Assembly (NCBI GenBank): GCA_013140705.1
Contig: JABFSH010000067.1
Coordinates: forward strand, 8,942 to 72,941
Source of the DNA: Methylococcaceae bacterium
GTDB taxonomy: Bacteria > Pseudomonadota > Gammaproteobacteria > Methylococcales > Methylomonadaceae
Direction: 5' to 3'
DNA length: 64,000 bases
The position numbers were made by a program, and so were the translations under genes. The notes beneath the pieces are model-generated. The model searched no databases. It saw nothing but the letters and a program-made list of their open reading frames with translations, and was not told where the DNA came from. This document shows positions 10,629 to 20,544 of the stretch, piece by piece (position 1 is the first letter of the stretch; each line of letters opens with the position of its first letter).

Positions 10629-11607
10629 CAGAACCTCCTAATTGAATCTCACCGGCATCCGCCAGTCTTTTGACTATGGTCAAAATTTCTTTTTGTGCCA
10701 ACTCAACTTCACTCAATTTAGCCGGCGGCGATGCCTCCAGATCATCACGCAACATTTCTGCGGCACGTCTGGACATATTGTTGAATATCTTCTCCTTCAA
10801 TGCATCACCCACACCACGCAGTGCCAGTAGCAATTGACTGGTTTGCACTTCGCGTAATAACGTTTGCATGCCTCTCTCGTCGAGGGATGCAAGATCTTCG
10901 AACACGAACATTTTTTCCTGGATTTCCTGCGCCAATTCGGCCCTGTGTTCAGCAATCTGGTTCATCACCAGATCACTGGCATTACTATCCATAAAATTCA
11001 AAATATTGGCAGCCGCATCAATACCACCAATCGTCGTTGACTTGACATTGTCGCCACCGGTTAGCTGTTTCTCCATGATTTGATCCAGTTCCCTCAAAGC
11101 GGCTGGCTGAATTCCCTTCATCGTAGCAATTCGCATAAGCAGGTCAGATCGCATGTTTTCAGGCAGATACATCATGACTTCTGCCGCCTGATCACTATCC
11201 ATCAGTGACAGAATCGTTGAAATAATTTGAGGATGTTCCAAACGAATCATATCGGCAATCGAGCGGGTATCCATCCATTTCAATTGCTCAATCCCTTTGG
11301 TGCTTCCGCCCTGTAAAATTCTATCCAGAATACTATTCGCCTTGTCTGCACCCAAAGCACTGATCAGAACAGTACGAATGTATTCATCGGTATCCATACC
11401 CAACGCCGTCTGACTTTTGACTGCTACGATAAACTCTTCAACAACCTCATCCATCATGCTGATCGAAATGTCGCCCACACTAGCCATTGTGGTACCCAGT
11501 ATCTGTACCTCTCTCGGCGTCATGTGTTTCAGGATAAGAGCAGCCCGATCCATGCCTAACGCCAACAGCAAGATTGCGGCCCGATCAGATTGTGTTAATT
11601 CAGACAT
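10615..11607 (-). CDS. fliG: Flagellar motor switch protein FliG
   Basis: A 330-aa protein with a typical FliG N-terminus (SDRAAILLLALGMDRAALILKHMTPREVQ) and C-terminal torque-helix region. Confidence 0.95.
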   Translation of the reverse strand: MSELTQSDRAAILLLALGMDRAALILKHMTPREVQILGTTMASVGDISISMMDEVVEEFIVAVKSQTALGMDTDEYIRTVLISALGADKANSILDRILQGGSTKGIEQLKWMDTRSIADMIRLEHPQIISTILSLMDSDQAAEVMMYLPENMRSDLLMRIATMKGIQPAALRELDQIMEKQLTGGDNVKSTTIGGIDAAANILNFMDSNASDLVMNQIAEHRAELAQEIQEKMFVFEDLASLDERGMQTLLREVQTSQLLLALRGVGDALKEKIFNNMSRRAAEMLRDDLEASPPAKLSEVELAQKEILTIVKRLADAGEIQLGGSDELV

Positions 11608-11608
11608 T

Positions 11609-13375
11609 TTATTTAATCCACATTTTAATAACTTGCGCCACTATTTTAGGATCATCGTCAACCAGGCGTTTGACATATTCCAGTCGATGTTCGTAACTTT
11701 GCGGCATATCCAGAAGAAGCACATCCGCCATATCATTAGGCAAACTGAAACCAGCAGCAGCCTGTTCTTGTGAAACAGCCACGGCGAACGGCTTGCCATT
11801 TTCATCAAAACTCACCTGCCCCCCCGTCCCGGCAGACTTTCCGTCTTCCTCAGATTTCAGTGCTGCTTTGATTTCCTCTTCAGTACGCCCACTCAGACGT
11901 TTCATGGTTGGGCGCAATACACCAAACAGCAGGAACAGTACAACCAGAACTGCAGTCACTTGTTTCATGAGATCAAGAAACCAGCCCTGTTTCCAAAAGG
12001 GCACTTCCGGCAGGGCTTCGATTTCATCTGGTATTTTGAATGCAACATTAGTAACGGTCACTTGATCGCCTCGACTGCTATCAAAGCCAACCGCCTGTTT
12101 GACCAACTCACTAAAGCGATTGATGTCTTCAAGTGAATACGCTTGATTTTTTATGGAACCATCCGCTTGCGTCATATGTCTGTCATCGACGACAACAGCC
12201 ACTGACAAGCGACGCAATAATCCGGTTGCCAGACGCGTGTGCGTAATGGTTTTATCCAGCTCAAAATTTCGAGTGGCATTTTTGGTTGCTGACCCGGGGG
12301 TTGATGCGGTATTGCCTGAGGCTCCCGGTACGGAACCGTCAGACGGTGTCGTCGTTTGTGGAGCCAACCCCGCATCAGTGGGTTGATTCGATAAGGCACC
12401 CGGTACGCCTTGAACTGGAGATAATGAGCTTTGTTCTTCGGATGTTTGTTCGCTTCGTAAGGCAGGCAAATCCGGATTGAACATTTCTTGGGTCTTGTCA
12501 GTGACCGTAAAATCAACATCGGCTGAAATTTGAGTTCTCATACCATCCCCGCCCACTAACGGGGATAAAATATTTTCTATCCGATCCATTAGATGTTCTT
12601 CGATATTTTTTTTGTATTCAAACTGTTTGGACGTTAGATTAACTTCAGATGATGCATCGTTACTGCTTAACAGCTGACCTTTTTGATCAACGACCGTCAC
12701 CTGTTCCGCTTCAAGCTGAGGAACGCTGGATGCAACTAGATGCACAATGGATTCAATTTGACCTTTGTCCAAGGAGCGACCTTGATATAAATTGACTACA
12801 ACCGATGCACTTGGCTTTTTGCGATCTCTCACAAACACCGATTGAACTGGCAATGCCAGTAATACCCTGGCAGACTTCACATTTTGGATAGCCATAATGG
12901 TCCTGGCTATCTCACCTTCCAATGCCCGTTGAAACCGAACCATTTCAACACTTTTACTGGTACCAAAACCTTGTTCCTTGTCCAGTATTTCATAGCCCAA
13001 ACTAGTACTTCTCGGCAAACCCTGAGCCGCCAGCTTCAATTTTATATCGTCGACTTGATCCTTTGGCACCAATATGGCACCTGTACCTGGTTCCACTTTA
13101 TATTTGACACCTTGGGTATCGAGAACCTGAAGAACATCAGCGACATCCTTTTCTCCGATCTCGGCAAATAAGCGCCCATAGGTCGGTGTCTGCGACCACA
13201 AAACTATAGCAACGCCTATGGCAACACTAAAAGCCAGCCCCAGCATGAGAGCCAGTTGTTTTCCTATAGTCAGGCGAGCTAACCCTTTAATCATGGGATG
13301 GGCGACTTCCGCCTCCGCATTCAGGACTTGTGGGATTGTAGCTTCAACCAGATTATTACTGTTTTGCTCGCTCAT
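11609..13375 (-). CDS. fliF: Flagellar MS-ring protein FliF
   Basis: A 588-aa protein with an N-terminal TM segment, a YscJ/FliF-like periplasmic region and a second TM segment near the C-terminus. It ends 1 nt before fliG. Confidence 0.95.
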   Translation of the reverse strand: MSEQNSNNLVEATIPQVLNAEAEVAHPMIKGLARLTIGKQLALMLGLAFSVAIGVAIVLWSQTPTYGRLFAEIGEKDVADVLQVLDTQGVKYKVEPGTGAILVPKDQVDDIKLKLAAQGLPRSTSLGYEILDKEQGFGTSKSVEMVRFQRALEGEIARTIMAIQNVKSARVLLALPVQSVFVRDRKKPSASVVVNLYQGRSLDKGQIESIVHLVASSVPQLEAEQVTVVDQKGQLLSSNDASSEVNLTSKQFEYKKNIEEHLMDRIENILSPLVGGDGMRTQISADVDFTVTDKTQEMFNPDLPALRSEQTSEEQSSLSPVQGVPGALSNQPTDAGLAPQTTTPSDGSVPGASGNTASTPGSATKNATRNFELDKTITHTRLATGLLRRLSVAVVVDDRHMTQADGSIKNQAYSLEDINRFSELVKQAVGFDSSRGDQVTVTNVAFKIPDEIEALPEVPFWKQGWFLDLMKQVTAVLVVLFLLFGVLRPTMKRLSGRTEEEIKAALKSEEDGKSAGTGGQVSFDENGKPFAVAVSQEQAAAGFSLPNDMADVLLLDMPQSYEHRLEYVKRLVDDDPKIVAQVIKMWIK

Positions 13376-13397
13376 TTTCTAATCAGCATCTTCCCAA

Positions 13398-13712
13398 TTA
13401 CATGGGCATATTCATGACATCTTTATAAGCTTCTACCAATTTATTCCTGACTTGCAGCATCGCTTGAAAAGAAACGCTGGCTTTTTGTGAGGCTATCATC
13501 ACTTCTGCCAAGCTGACATTGGTATCGCCTGCTTCAAAAGCTACCGCCATTTTTCCGGCAGCCTGTTGTGTATCATTAACGGAATCGATAGATTTTTTTA
13601 GCAACAGGGCAAAGTCATTATTTCCGCTATTTTCCTGACTTTGTGCGCCACCAGCCTCCAACGACATGGCCCGCATTTGAGCTAATACCTGGTTTACATT
13701 CATCTCACTCAT
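13398..13712 (-). CDS. fliE: Flagellar hook-basal body complex protein FliE
   Basis: A 104-aa protein with a FliE-like C-terminus (LQVRNKLVEAYKDVMNMPM), lying 22 nt upstream of fliF. Confidence 0.9.
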   Translation of the reverse strand: MSEMNVNQVLAQMRAMSLEAGGAQSQENSGNNDFALLLKKSIDSVNDTQQAAGKMAVAFEAGDTNVSLAEVMIASQKASVSFQAMLQVRNKLVEAYKDVMNMPM

Positions 13713-13748
13713 GAGCTATTCCTCTTGATTTTGTCATATCAAATATAG

Positions 13749-13764
13749 TGCATAATTGATGCCA
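13749..13764 (-). promoter_or_regulatory. Sigma-54 -24/-12 promoter candidate for fliEFGHIJ
   Basis: The minus strand reads TGGCATCAATTATGCA with GG-N10-GC spacing. It lies 5 nt downstream of the fleR stop and about 37 nt upstream of the fliE ATG. Confidence 0.6.
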
Positions 13765-13768
13765 TGCT

Positions 13769-15157
13769 TTAGCATGGCAGAACGATACCGGCCTCTTTCA
13801 TTCTTGCCATTTTATATCGGAGGGTCCTCGGACTAATCCCAAGCTTTTCGGCCGTGGTTTTGCGACTGCCATTTTCAACTTTCAAGGTTTGCAAAATTAT
13901 GCTTTCTTCCGCGCATCTCACACCCTCATCCAAACCAGAAAAATCCACTATTTCAACATTGGATTCAATGGGTTTAACTTCATCAACCGGCAGTTTTTCG
14001 AAGCTGGAAGCAGACAACTGTGGTGATTCTTCAAACACCAGATCATCTATCGTAATCTTGTCGCCTGATCTTAATATCAGCGCTCTTTGAACCACGTTGT
14101 CCAGTTCCCTGACATTACCCGGCCAGTGATAAGCCAACATTTCATCTATTGCCTTTCCATCAAATTCGGGCAATTTTTTGCCATTTGGACTATGTCGCAG
14201 GACAAGTTCATGGGCAAGCGGCAAAATATCGCCAGGTCTTTCACGTAATGCGGGAATATGAATGGGGAAAACATTCAGACGATAATAAAGATCCTCACGA
14301 AAACGACCTTGTTCAAGCTTTTCTTTTAAATTCTGATTAGAGGCCGCCAATATTCTGACATTCAAATTAATTTTTTTATGACTCCCCAGCCTTTCAACTT
14401 CTTTTTCTTGTAGAACTCGCAACAACTTTGCTTGCAAACCCAAATCCATCTCCGAGATTTCATCCAGCAATAATGTACCTTGCTGGGCTTGTTCAAACTT
14501 TCCGGGCATAGACTGAACCGAGCCGGTAAAAGCGCCTTTTTCATGCCCGAATAACATGGCTTCCAGCATGCTTTCAGGGATAGCAGCGCAATTCACAGCG
14601 ACAAACGGGCCATCCCGATAGCTCGAATTTTGATGAATATAGCGCGCAATAACTTCTTTACCGGTGCCACTTTCTCCCTGCAACATGACGGTTACATCGG
14701 TTTTTGCGACGCGAGAAATCAACGCATAGAGTTTTTTCATAACATCGTCCTGAACAACCGTTAAAGGCATCGATTGCGCGGATTCCGCCGAGTAGGCCAT
14801 GACGTAATCACCTACCTTACTGACAAGGGCTTTGGCTTCAAAAGGCTTAATGAGATAGTCGACAGCACCGGCCTGCATGGCTTCTACTGCTCTGGCAACC
14901 GTTCCAAATGCCGTCATTAACAACATGGGGGTTTGCGGGTACTTATGCTGAATATTCTTCAAGAGTTGAAGACCATCCATTCCCGGCATCTTGACATCAC
15001 TAATAATCAATTTAATTGAATTATGCTCCAGCATAACCAAGCCATCCATGCCTGTATTAGCGGATATCACGCGATAACCCTCCAGTTCCAAAGTTTCACA
15101 AAGCGCCTCGCACAAGGCCAAATCATCCTCAACAATAAGGACATCATACTGTTTCAT
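13769..15157 (-). CDS. fleR: Sigma-54-dependent two-component response regulator (FleR/FlrC type)
   Basis: REC domain (DVKMPGMDG), AAA+ Walker A (GESGTGKEV), a GAFTGS loop and a C-terminal Fis-type HTH. It follows the paired kinase with a 14-nt overlap. Confidence 0.85.
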   Translation of the reverse strand: MKQYDVLIVEDDLALCEALCETLELEGYRVISANTGMDGLVMLEHNSIKLIISDVKMPGMDGLQLLKNIQHKYPQTPMLLMTAFGTVARAVEAMQAGAVDYLIKPFEAKALVSKVGDYVMAYSAESAQSMPLTVVQDDVMKKLYALISRVAKTDVTVMLQGESGTGKEVIARYIHQNSSYRDGPFVAVNCAAIPESMLEAMLFGHEKGAFTGSVQSMPGKFEQAQQGTLLLDEISEMDLGLQAKLLRVLQEKEVERLGSHKKINLNVRILAASNQNLKEKLEQGRFREDLYYRLNVFPIHIPALRERPGDILPLAHELVLRHSPNGKKLPEFDGKAIDEMLAYHWPGNVRELDNVVQRALILRSGDKITIDDLVFEESPQLSASSFEKLPVDEVKPIESNVEIVDFSGLDEGVRCAEESIILQTLKVENGSRKTTAEKLGISPRTLRYKMARMKEAGIVLPC

Positions 15158-16382
15158 GTCTCATCTCCCTTTCAGCAATTGCTTTACCGGAAAAACCGCC
15201 AGGTAGAAGACTGAGTGTCTGATTTTTATCTGGCAGCATTATATTAAAAACGGTGCCCCGGCCTATCGTGGAGTCTATCTGAATTTTGCCACCATGCGCT
15301 CTAATGACACTGTCTACCACCGCCAAACCCAATCCGGTTCCGCTTGGCTTGGTAGTAAAAAAAGGTTCAAAGATTCGTTGTCGAAGTTCTTCAGCAACAC
15401 CTGGTCCATTATCACGGATTGCTATCCTCACATGGCCGCCATACTGGCTGACCGATACTGTTATCGTTCCAACCACCACTCCGATAGCATCAACCGCATT
15501 GTTTAATAAATTCATCAATGCGCCACGTAAAGCATTTTCATTACCTATCATTTCATCATCCGAAAGCGTATTGATAATTTTCAATTCAATTTTATCCTGA
15601 CCCACATAGTCCCGAAAGCCGTCTGAAAGATGAGTCAACAATGTAGCCAATGAAAATTGCTCCATGGCCAGGCGCCCATCTTTGGCAAAAATCAGCATGT
15701 CGTTCACTTGTCTTTCCAGGTAAAGCAAGCGTTCCAGAATTTTTTCTGAAAATCGTTGCTTTTTTTCTTTGTCTATCAATGGCTTGCTGAGTTGTGACGC
15801 ATACAGAATGGCTGTTGCCAATGGCGTCCTCACTTGATGTGCCATACTGGCAACCATTTCCCCCATAGCAGATAAGTGCTTTTGTTGGTTTAGTACGTCC
15901 TGCAATGTCCGCATTTCACTGACGTCAGACAACAAAATAATCTGCCCACTATCGTTTTCCAGCTGACTGGTGGTCATATTAATTCGTTTGCCACTGACCA
16001 ATTGACACTCATGGGGATTGTTTGACACAAAGATAAGACTTCGAGCCATGACCTCAGCCCAAATTCGCTCCACTATCGGTTCACCCAGAAAGTTTATTGC
16101 TACGGAATTACAGTTGACTATCTTGCCTTGGGCATCCAGCACAATGACGCCGGCGGGCAATGCCGCCAATATTTTTTCCAGGTGATTAGCGAGTTTTTCT
16201 TTTTCCTCTAACGTTTTTAATCGTTCACTGCGGGCGAATGCCAGCTCTCGATTTAATTTGGCAATCTGCTCTTCGAGGCCCTGATAGGAATTGGACAAAT
16301 TCTGGGACAGCTCATTAAAAATGTGAAACGCATTAGTGAGTTGTTCAGATTTTCGGGCTTTCTGTAAGTTTTGAGTAGTCAT
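15144..16382 (-). CDS. fleS: Cytoplasmic PAS sensor histidine kinase (FleS/FlrB type)
   Basis: No TM segment is visible. It has a PAS-like region, an H-box ([12 protein letters not shown]) and HATPase_c G-boxes ([14 protein letters not shown]). Confidence 0.8.
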   Translation of the reverse strand: MTTQNLQKARKSEQLTNAFHIFNELSQNLSNSYQGLEEQIAKLNRELAFARSERLKTLEEKEKLANHLEKILAALPAGVIVLDAQGKIVNCNSVAINFLGEPIVERIWAEVMARSLIFVSNNPHECQLVSGKRINMTTSQLENDSGQIILLSDVSEMRTLQDVLNQQKHLSAMGEMVASMAHQVRTPLATAILYASQLSKPLIDKEKKQRFSEKILERLLYLERQVNDMLIFAKDGRLAMEQFSLATLLTHLSDGFRDYVGQDKIELKIINTLSDDEMIGNENALRGALMNLLNNAVDAIGVVVGTITVSVSQYGGHVRIAIRDNGPGVAEELRQRIFEPFFTTKPSGTGLGLAVVDSVIRAHGGKIQIDSTIGRGTVFNIMLPDKNQTLSLLPGGFSGKAIAEREMRHETV

Positions 16383-16415
16383 GGCTGATCAAATTAACTT
16401 CAATACCAAGAACGA

Positions 16416-16431
16416 AGCAATATTCAGACCA
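16416..16431 (-). promoter_or_regulatory. Sigma-54 -24/-12 promoter candidate for fleSR
   Basis: The minus strand reads TGGTCTGAATATTGCT with GG-N10-GC spacing and a TTGCT -12 element. It lies about 35 nt upstream of the fleS ATG. Confidence 0.55.
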
Positions 16432-16490
16432 GTTTATTATTATATAAAATTCAGTTACTTATAAATTTCAGCCAAAGATTTGACTCTATG

Positions 16491-17957
16491 TTAGCGATGA
16501 AAGTCATATTTACGAAGCTTCTCAACCAGTGTAGTCCGGCGCATGTTTAAACGTTTAGCCGCATGAGCAACAACACCGTTGCATTCATTCAAAGCCTGGC
16601 GTATCAAATCAACTTCCAAAACATTCAGATACTCTTTCAAATCGATACCTTGTTCCGGCAGTTGCGCTAACGAGGTAGAGACGCCTTCAAAAACGCCAAG
16701 CACATCCATAGACTCATCCGTATCCGACTCTTCCAGTGCAGTATTTTCCGATTCATTTTCCGCACCATCAGGCACTTGATATTTTTGAAACTTTTCCGGT
16801 AAATCCGCCACATCAACCAATCCCTTTGGATGCATGATAGCCAGACGCTCTATTAAATTAGCTAATTCCCTGACATTACCTGGCCATTCGTGCTGCTTCA
16901 ACACAGCTAGCGAGGCATTCGTTAATCTCACAGAACCTCGATTGGAAAACTCCATTCTGGAAATTAAATCCTTTACCAGCAGCGGAATATCTTCTGCCCG
17001 TTCTCTTAAACTGGGCACTTCAATAGGAAATACATTTAACCGATAATATAAATCTTCTCGAAACCGATGATCTTTAATCTCATCTTCAAGGTGTCGGTGC
17101 GTTGCCGCAATAATCCTGACATCGCAGTTCACAGTTCTACTGCTGCCAACCCTCTCAAAGGTTCGCTCCTGCAACACACGAAGTATCTTGACCTGCATGG
17201 GCATCGGCATATCACCGATCTCATCAAGAAAAAGCGTACCGCCTTCTGCCAACTCAAAGCGACCCTGCCTGGACGTAAATGCGCCAGTAAACGCCCCTTT
17301 TTCATGACCAAATAATTCGCTTTCGAGGAGTTCTCCAGGGATTGCGCCACAATTAACAGGCACAAAGGGTTTATTACCCCGTAAAGACGCCTCATGCAGG
17401 GCGCGAGCAATCACCTCTTTTCCTGTTCCCGATTCACCCAGTATCAGGACTGTAGCATCTGATTCAGCGACTTGAGTGATCAGCTTACGAATGGTTATTA
17501 TGCCTTTGCTCTGACCTTTTAACTTTTCAATACACGACAAACGACGTGCATCACTTCTGGCATCAGGCAAGTTTTTACTATTCTCCGGTTGATGGCCACA
17601 AGCAACGGGCAGCTTATCGAACAGTTGCTTCAGATGCGGATACGTCATTGGCCATTCCAGAACTTCAGAGACCATTTGGCTAATTGCCGTTGAAACTTGA
17701 AGTGTTGTTCCTTTTTCAACTAACAAAATGACAGGCGTATTCTCTAGTCGATCAAGGACATCCCTGATGACCGTTGCCTGTTTATCAATGCCATCGCCAA
17801 CAATTACAGCGATTAAGGAATTATGATTATTAATCGAACCGACATAATTTGAAGAATCATACAAATCTATCCGATATTCCATAAACTGCAAAATCGCCTC
17901 AAGAGACTGAGACCTTATTTTGTTATCGTCAATTAGCAAAATATGCGGTAAAGCCAT
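16491..17957 (-). CDS. fleQ: Sigma-54-dependent flagellar master regulator (FleQ/FlrA type)
   Basis: FleQ-like receiver-fold N-terminus, AAA+ Walker A (GESGTGKEV), GAFTGA loop and C-terminal HTH. It sits at the head of the fleSR-fliE cluster. ATG 17957 ([11 protein letters not shown]) is preferred to the TTG at 17966. Confidence 0.85.
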   Translation of the reverse strand: MALPHILLIDDNKIRSQSLEAILQFMEYRIDLYDSSNYVGSINNHNSLIAVIVGDGIDKQATVIRDVLDRLENTPVILLVEKGTTLQVSTAISQMVSEVLEWPMTYPHLKQLFDKLPVACGHQPENSKNLPDARSDARRLSCIEKLKGQSKGIITIRKLITQVAESDATVLILGESGTGKEVIARALHEASLRGNKPFVPVNCGAIPGELLESELFGHEKGAFTGAFTSRQGRFELAEGGTLFLDEIGDMPMPMQVKILRVLQERTFERVGSSRTVNCDVRIIAATHRHLEDEIKDHRFREDLYYRLNVFPIEVPSLRERAEDIPLLVKDLISRMEFSNRGSVRLTNASLAVLKQHEWPGNVRELANLIERLAIMHPKGLVDVADLPEKFQKYQVPDGAENESENTALEESDTDESMDVLGVFEGVSTSLAQLPEQGIDLKEYLNVLEVDLIRQALNECNGVVAHAAKRLNMRRTTLVEKLRKYDFHR

Positions 17958-18401
17958 ATTTTTCAATTATGTCCAGAAAATGCTGCTGTTGAGGTGTTTA
18001 ACTACTAACTATGCAGTGTATGTGCTAAAACGACTAAAGCATACATGTAGTCGAGATGTTAAATATAGTTGAAGATAATTATTTAGCTACTTGATATTGC
18101 TTGAAATCGTATCCAATTAAAACAGTTCAAGCCTGATGTTTGTAGATGAACAAAAGCGTGATCACGCATTGCGTTCAATATTCTATTGCCATCAGCATTA
18201 AAATATCGCAACGTACGTACCCTGTATTCATACAAAGGCAGTTGGCATTTGAGAAAATTAAGCCTCTCATATGCAAGCCATATTCACACATGGTCAAGAA
18301 TGGATTACCTTAACATATTCGTGTAAACAACATTCATACTTGACAAACAATTAGCTTCATAGAAACTAATCAGGTTTTCACAACTCCAGAGTAATTCATC
18401 A

Positions 18402-19652
18402 TTGAACGACCTACCACTTGGTATGCTATTTAGCATACTCGCGATAATGCTGTTTCTTTCAGCTTTCTTTTCTGGCTCTGAAACCTCATTAATGACATTA
18501 AGCCGCTACCGACTAAGGCATTTAGTCAAACTTAAACATTCAGGCGCAATAAAAGCCTATAAATTGCTGGAAAGACCGGATCGGTTACTGGGACTGGTGC
18601 TGCTTTGCAATAATTTTGTTAATAATTTCGCTGCATCCATAGCAACCGTCATCGCCTTAAAGCTTTTTAGTAATGACGAATACGTGATCGCACTTGCAAC
18701 TGGAATTTTAACAGTCGTCATGTTGATTTGCTCTGAAGTAACGCCTAAAACCTTTGCGGCAATCAAGCCGGAACTGTTGGCCTTTCCTGCCGCCTGGATT
18801 TACACGCCCTTACTCAAAATTCTCTATCCTATCGTTTGGTTCGTTAATTTATTTGTCAATCTGCTGCTAAAAATTGTCCGCGTTGATATCAACAAAAATA
18901 ACCAGACTTCACTAAACAAAGACGAACTCAGAAGTATTATCGCGGAAGCAGAGAGTTTAATGCCCGTCCGGTATCAGAAAATGCTGATGGGCATTCTTGA
19001 TCTTGATTCAGCTACTGTTGAAGATATCATGACGCCACGAAATGAAATTGTCGGCATAGATTTAGAATCTCCGCTTGAAGATATCATTACCCAAATCAAA
19101 TCAAGTCCTCATTCTCGACTGGCCGTTTACAAAAAATCAATCGATCGCGTTATTGGTTTCTTGCATTTAAGAAATGTGCTGATTGAACTCCATCGGGAAA
19201 ACTTCGATAAGCAATCCATTATCAGTTTACTCACTAAGCCGTCATTTATCCCTGAAAGCACGCCTGTGCACGATCAAATGATAAAATTTAAGAGCGAAAA
19301 AATCCGTATAGGTCTCGTCGTCGATGAATACGGAGATGTACAGGGATTGGTTACTTTGGATGACTTATTACAGGAAATCCTTGGTGAAATAATTACTGAG
19401 GATGTCATTGTGAGACAACAAAGTGATGGCAGCTACTTGGTGGACGCCAATATTACCGTCAGGGAATTAAACAGAGTTACTCAGTGGTCCTTACCCACCG
19501 AAGGCCCTAAAACGCTTAATGGACTCATCATTGATTTTATGGAAACCATACCTGAAGCTGGAACCGGTATCAAGCTGCATGGCCATTATTTAGAAATCAT
19601 CAAAAGCGATGAACATGCCGTCAAATTGGTTAAATTTTTACCCAGAGAGTAG
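18402..19652 (+). CDS. CNNM/HlyC/CorC-family transporter (DUF21 TM domain, CBS pair, CorC_HlyC domain)
   Basis: A 416-aa protein with four N-terminal hydrophobic segments, a CBS pair (VEDIMTPRNEIVGIDL...) and a C-terminal CorC-type domain. The start is TTG 18402 or ATG 18423. Confidence 0.85.
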   Translation: MNDLPLGMLFSILAIMLFLSAFFSGSETSLMTLSRYRLRHLVKLKHSGAIKAYKLLERPDRLLGLVLLCNNFVNNFAASIATVIALKLFSNDEYVIALATGILTVVMLICSEVTPKTFAAIKPELLAFPAAWIYTPLLKILYPIVWFVNLFVNLLLKIVRVDINKNNQTSLNKDELRSIIAEAESLMPVRYQKMLMGILDLDSATVEDIMTPRNEIVGIDLESPLEDIITQIKSSPHSRLAVYKKSIDRVIGFLHLRNVLIELHRENFDKQSIISLLTKPSFIPESTPVHDQMIKFKSEKIRIGLVVDEYGDVQGLVTLDDLLQEILGEIITEDVIVRQQSDGSYLVDANITVRELNRVTQWSLPTEGPKTLNGLIIDFMETIPEAGTGIKLHGHYLEIIKSDEHAVKLVKFLPRE

Positions 19653-19759
19653 CATTCCGTTATCAATTCATAAACTCCGACATTTTGACTTTATCTTGAA
19701 TGCAAAAATAAACCATCTATAATTTCATAATTCAAACTTGCATTAAAGATGAATCCGCC

Positions 19760-19783
19760 GATTTAGATTTGGATTTGGATTTA
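19760..19783. repeat. Four tandem hexamers GATTT(A/G)
   Basis: Read directly as gattta gatttg gatttg gattta, in the CNNM-PilZ intergenic region. Confidence 0.7.
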
Positions 19784-19803
19784 AGAAATCATAATTTATG
19801 AAT

Positions 19804-19925
19804 CCCTCAAAATAGTCCGATCATGCCTCAAAGGGCACAGCGCGAAGAATAATGTACTGATTTAAGTAGAAGCAGTCGCATTTATGCCGTGGATACTGCG
19901 CTTGTCGAACCGCAATTTATAGAGG
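19804..19925. repeat. Dispersed intergenic repeat, copy A (about 120 nt, degenerate left arm)
   Basis: It aligns by eye at roughly 70 percent identity with 52400-52527. Shared blocks are cctcaaaa, tcatgc, tactgatttaag, catttatgcc, tactg..cttgtcgaa and atttanagg. Confidence 0.55.
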
Positions 19926-20057
19926 TTTACAAATCTTTAAAGCAAGGGTTACTGTAATCGTTTACAGGAAATTTAATAAAAATCCAAGAAGATAAATTCT
20001 TGAAGTAAACTAATAACCGCCTTCCTTTCCAACGTATTTTTTCAGAGTAAAAAATCA

Positions 20058-20432
20058 ATGCAACCCCAAAATGAGCCTGACAACCGAAATTTTCATCGCA
20101 TACTCTATAAGGCGGACGCGATATTAAGTTGTGGTGAAAAAACATGGCCTTGTGAAGTAGCCGATCTCTCTTTGCATGGCTGCCTTTTGCACTTCGAATT
20201 ACCTTGGTCAGAAGATCAAGAAAATATTTACACATTGACCTTACATTTATCCGAGCTATCACAAATTACGATGGAATTATCTGTCGCACATGTCATAGCA
20301 AACACTGCCGGCTTCAAGTGTGAACATATTGATATCGATAGTGTTTCAGAACTTCGTCGACTTGTTGAGCTTAATCTTGGCGACAGCAACTTATTAAAAA
20401 GAGATTTACTCGCCTTAACGATGACTCACTAA
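20058..20432 (+). CDS. Single-domain PilZ (c-di-GMP receptor) protein
   Basis: A 124-aa protein with RxxxR (RNFHR) followed about 20 residues later by DxSxxG (DLSLHG). It is convergent with motB. Confidence 0.75.
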   Translation: MQPQNEPDNRNFHRILYKADAILSCGEKTWPCEVADLSLHGCLLHFELPWSEDQENIYTLTLHLSELSQITMELSVAHVIANTAGFKCEHIDIDSVSELRRLVELNLGDSNLLKRDLLALTMTH

Positions 20433-20544
20433 TCCTAACATAAGAATATCCACCGACATCCTTGCAGTGGAACCTCGCTCGCTAATTTTGCTGATCTAGG
20501 TATTTGATTCGAGCCTGGCAAATCATTTGAGATTAATAAACAGA

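Noticed and set aside
19825-19850. The stretch cctcaaagggcacagcgcgaag briefly looked like part of a c-di-GMP (GEMM-type) riboswitch upstream of the PilZ gene
   Set aside because: It aligns instead with the left arm of the dispersed repeat (copy B). The other conserved GEMM helices and tetraloop-receptor elements are not visible.
19927-20262. A 111-aa minus-strand ORF overlapping the PilZ gene start
   Set aside because: It overlaps the PilZ ORF, which has both canonical c-di-GMP-binding motifs. It also extends into the repeat-bearing spacer and has no recognisable features.
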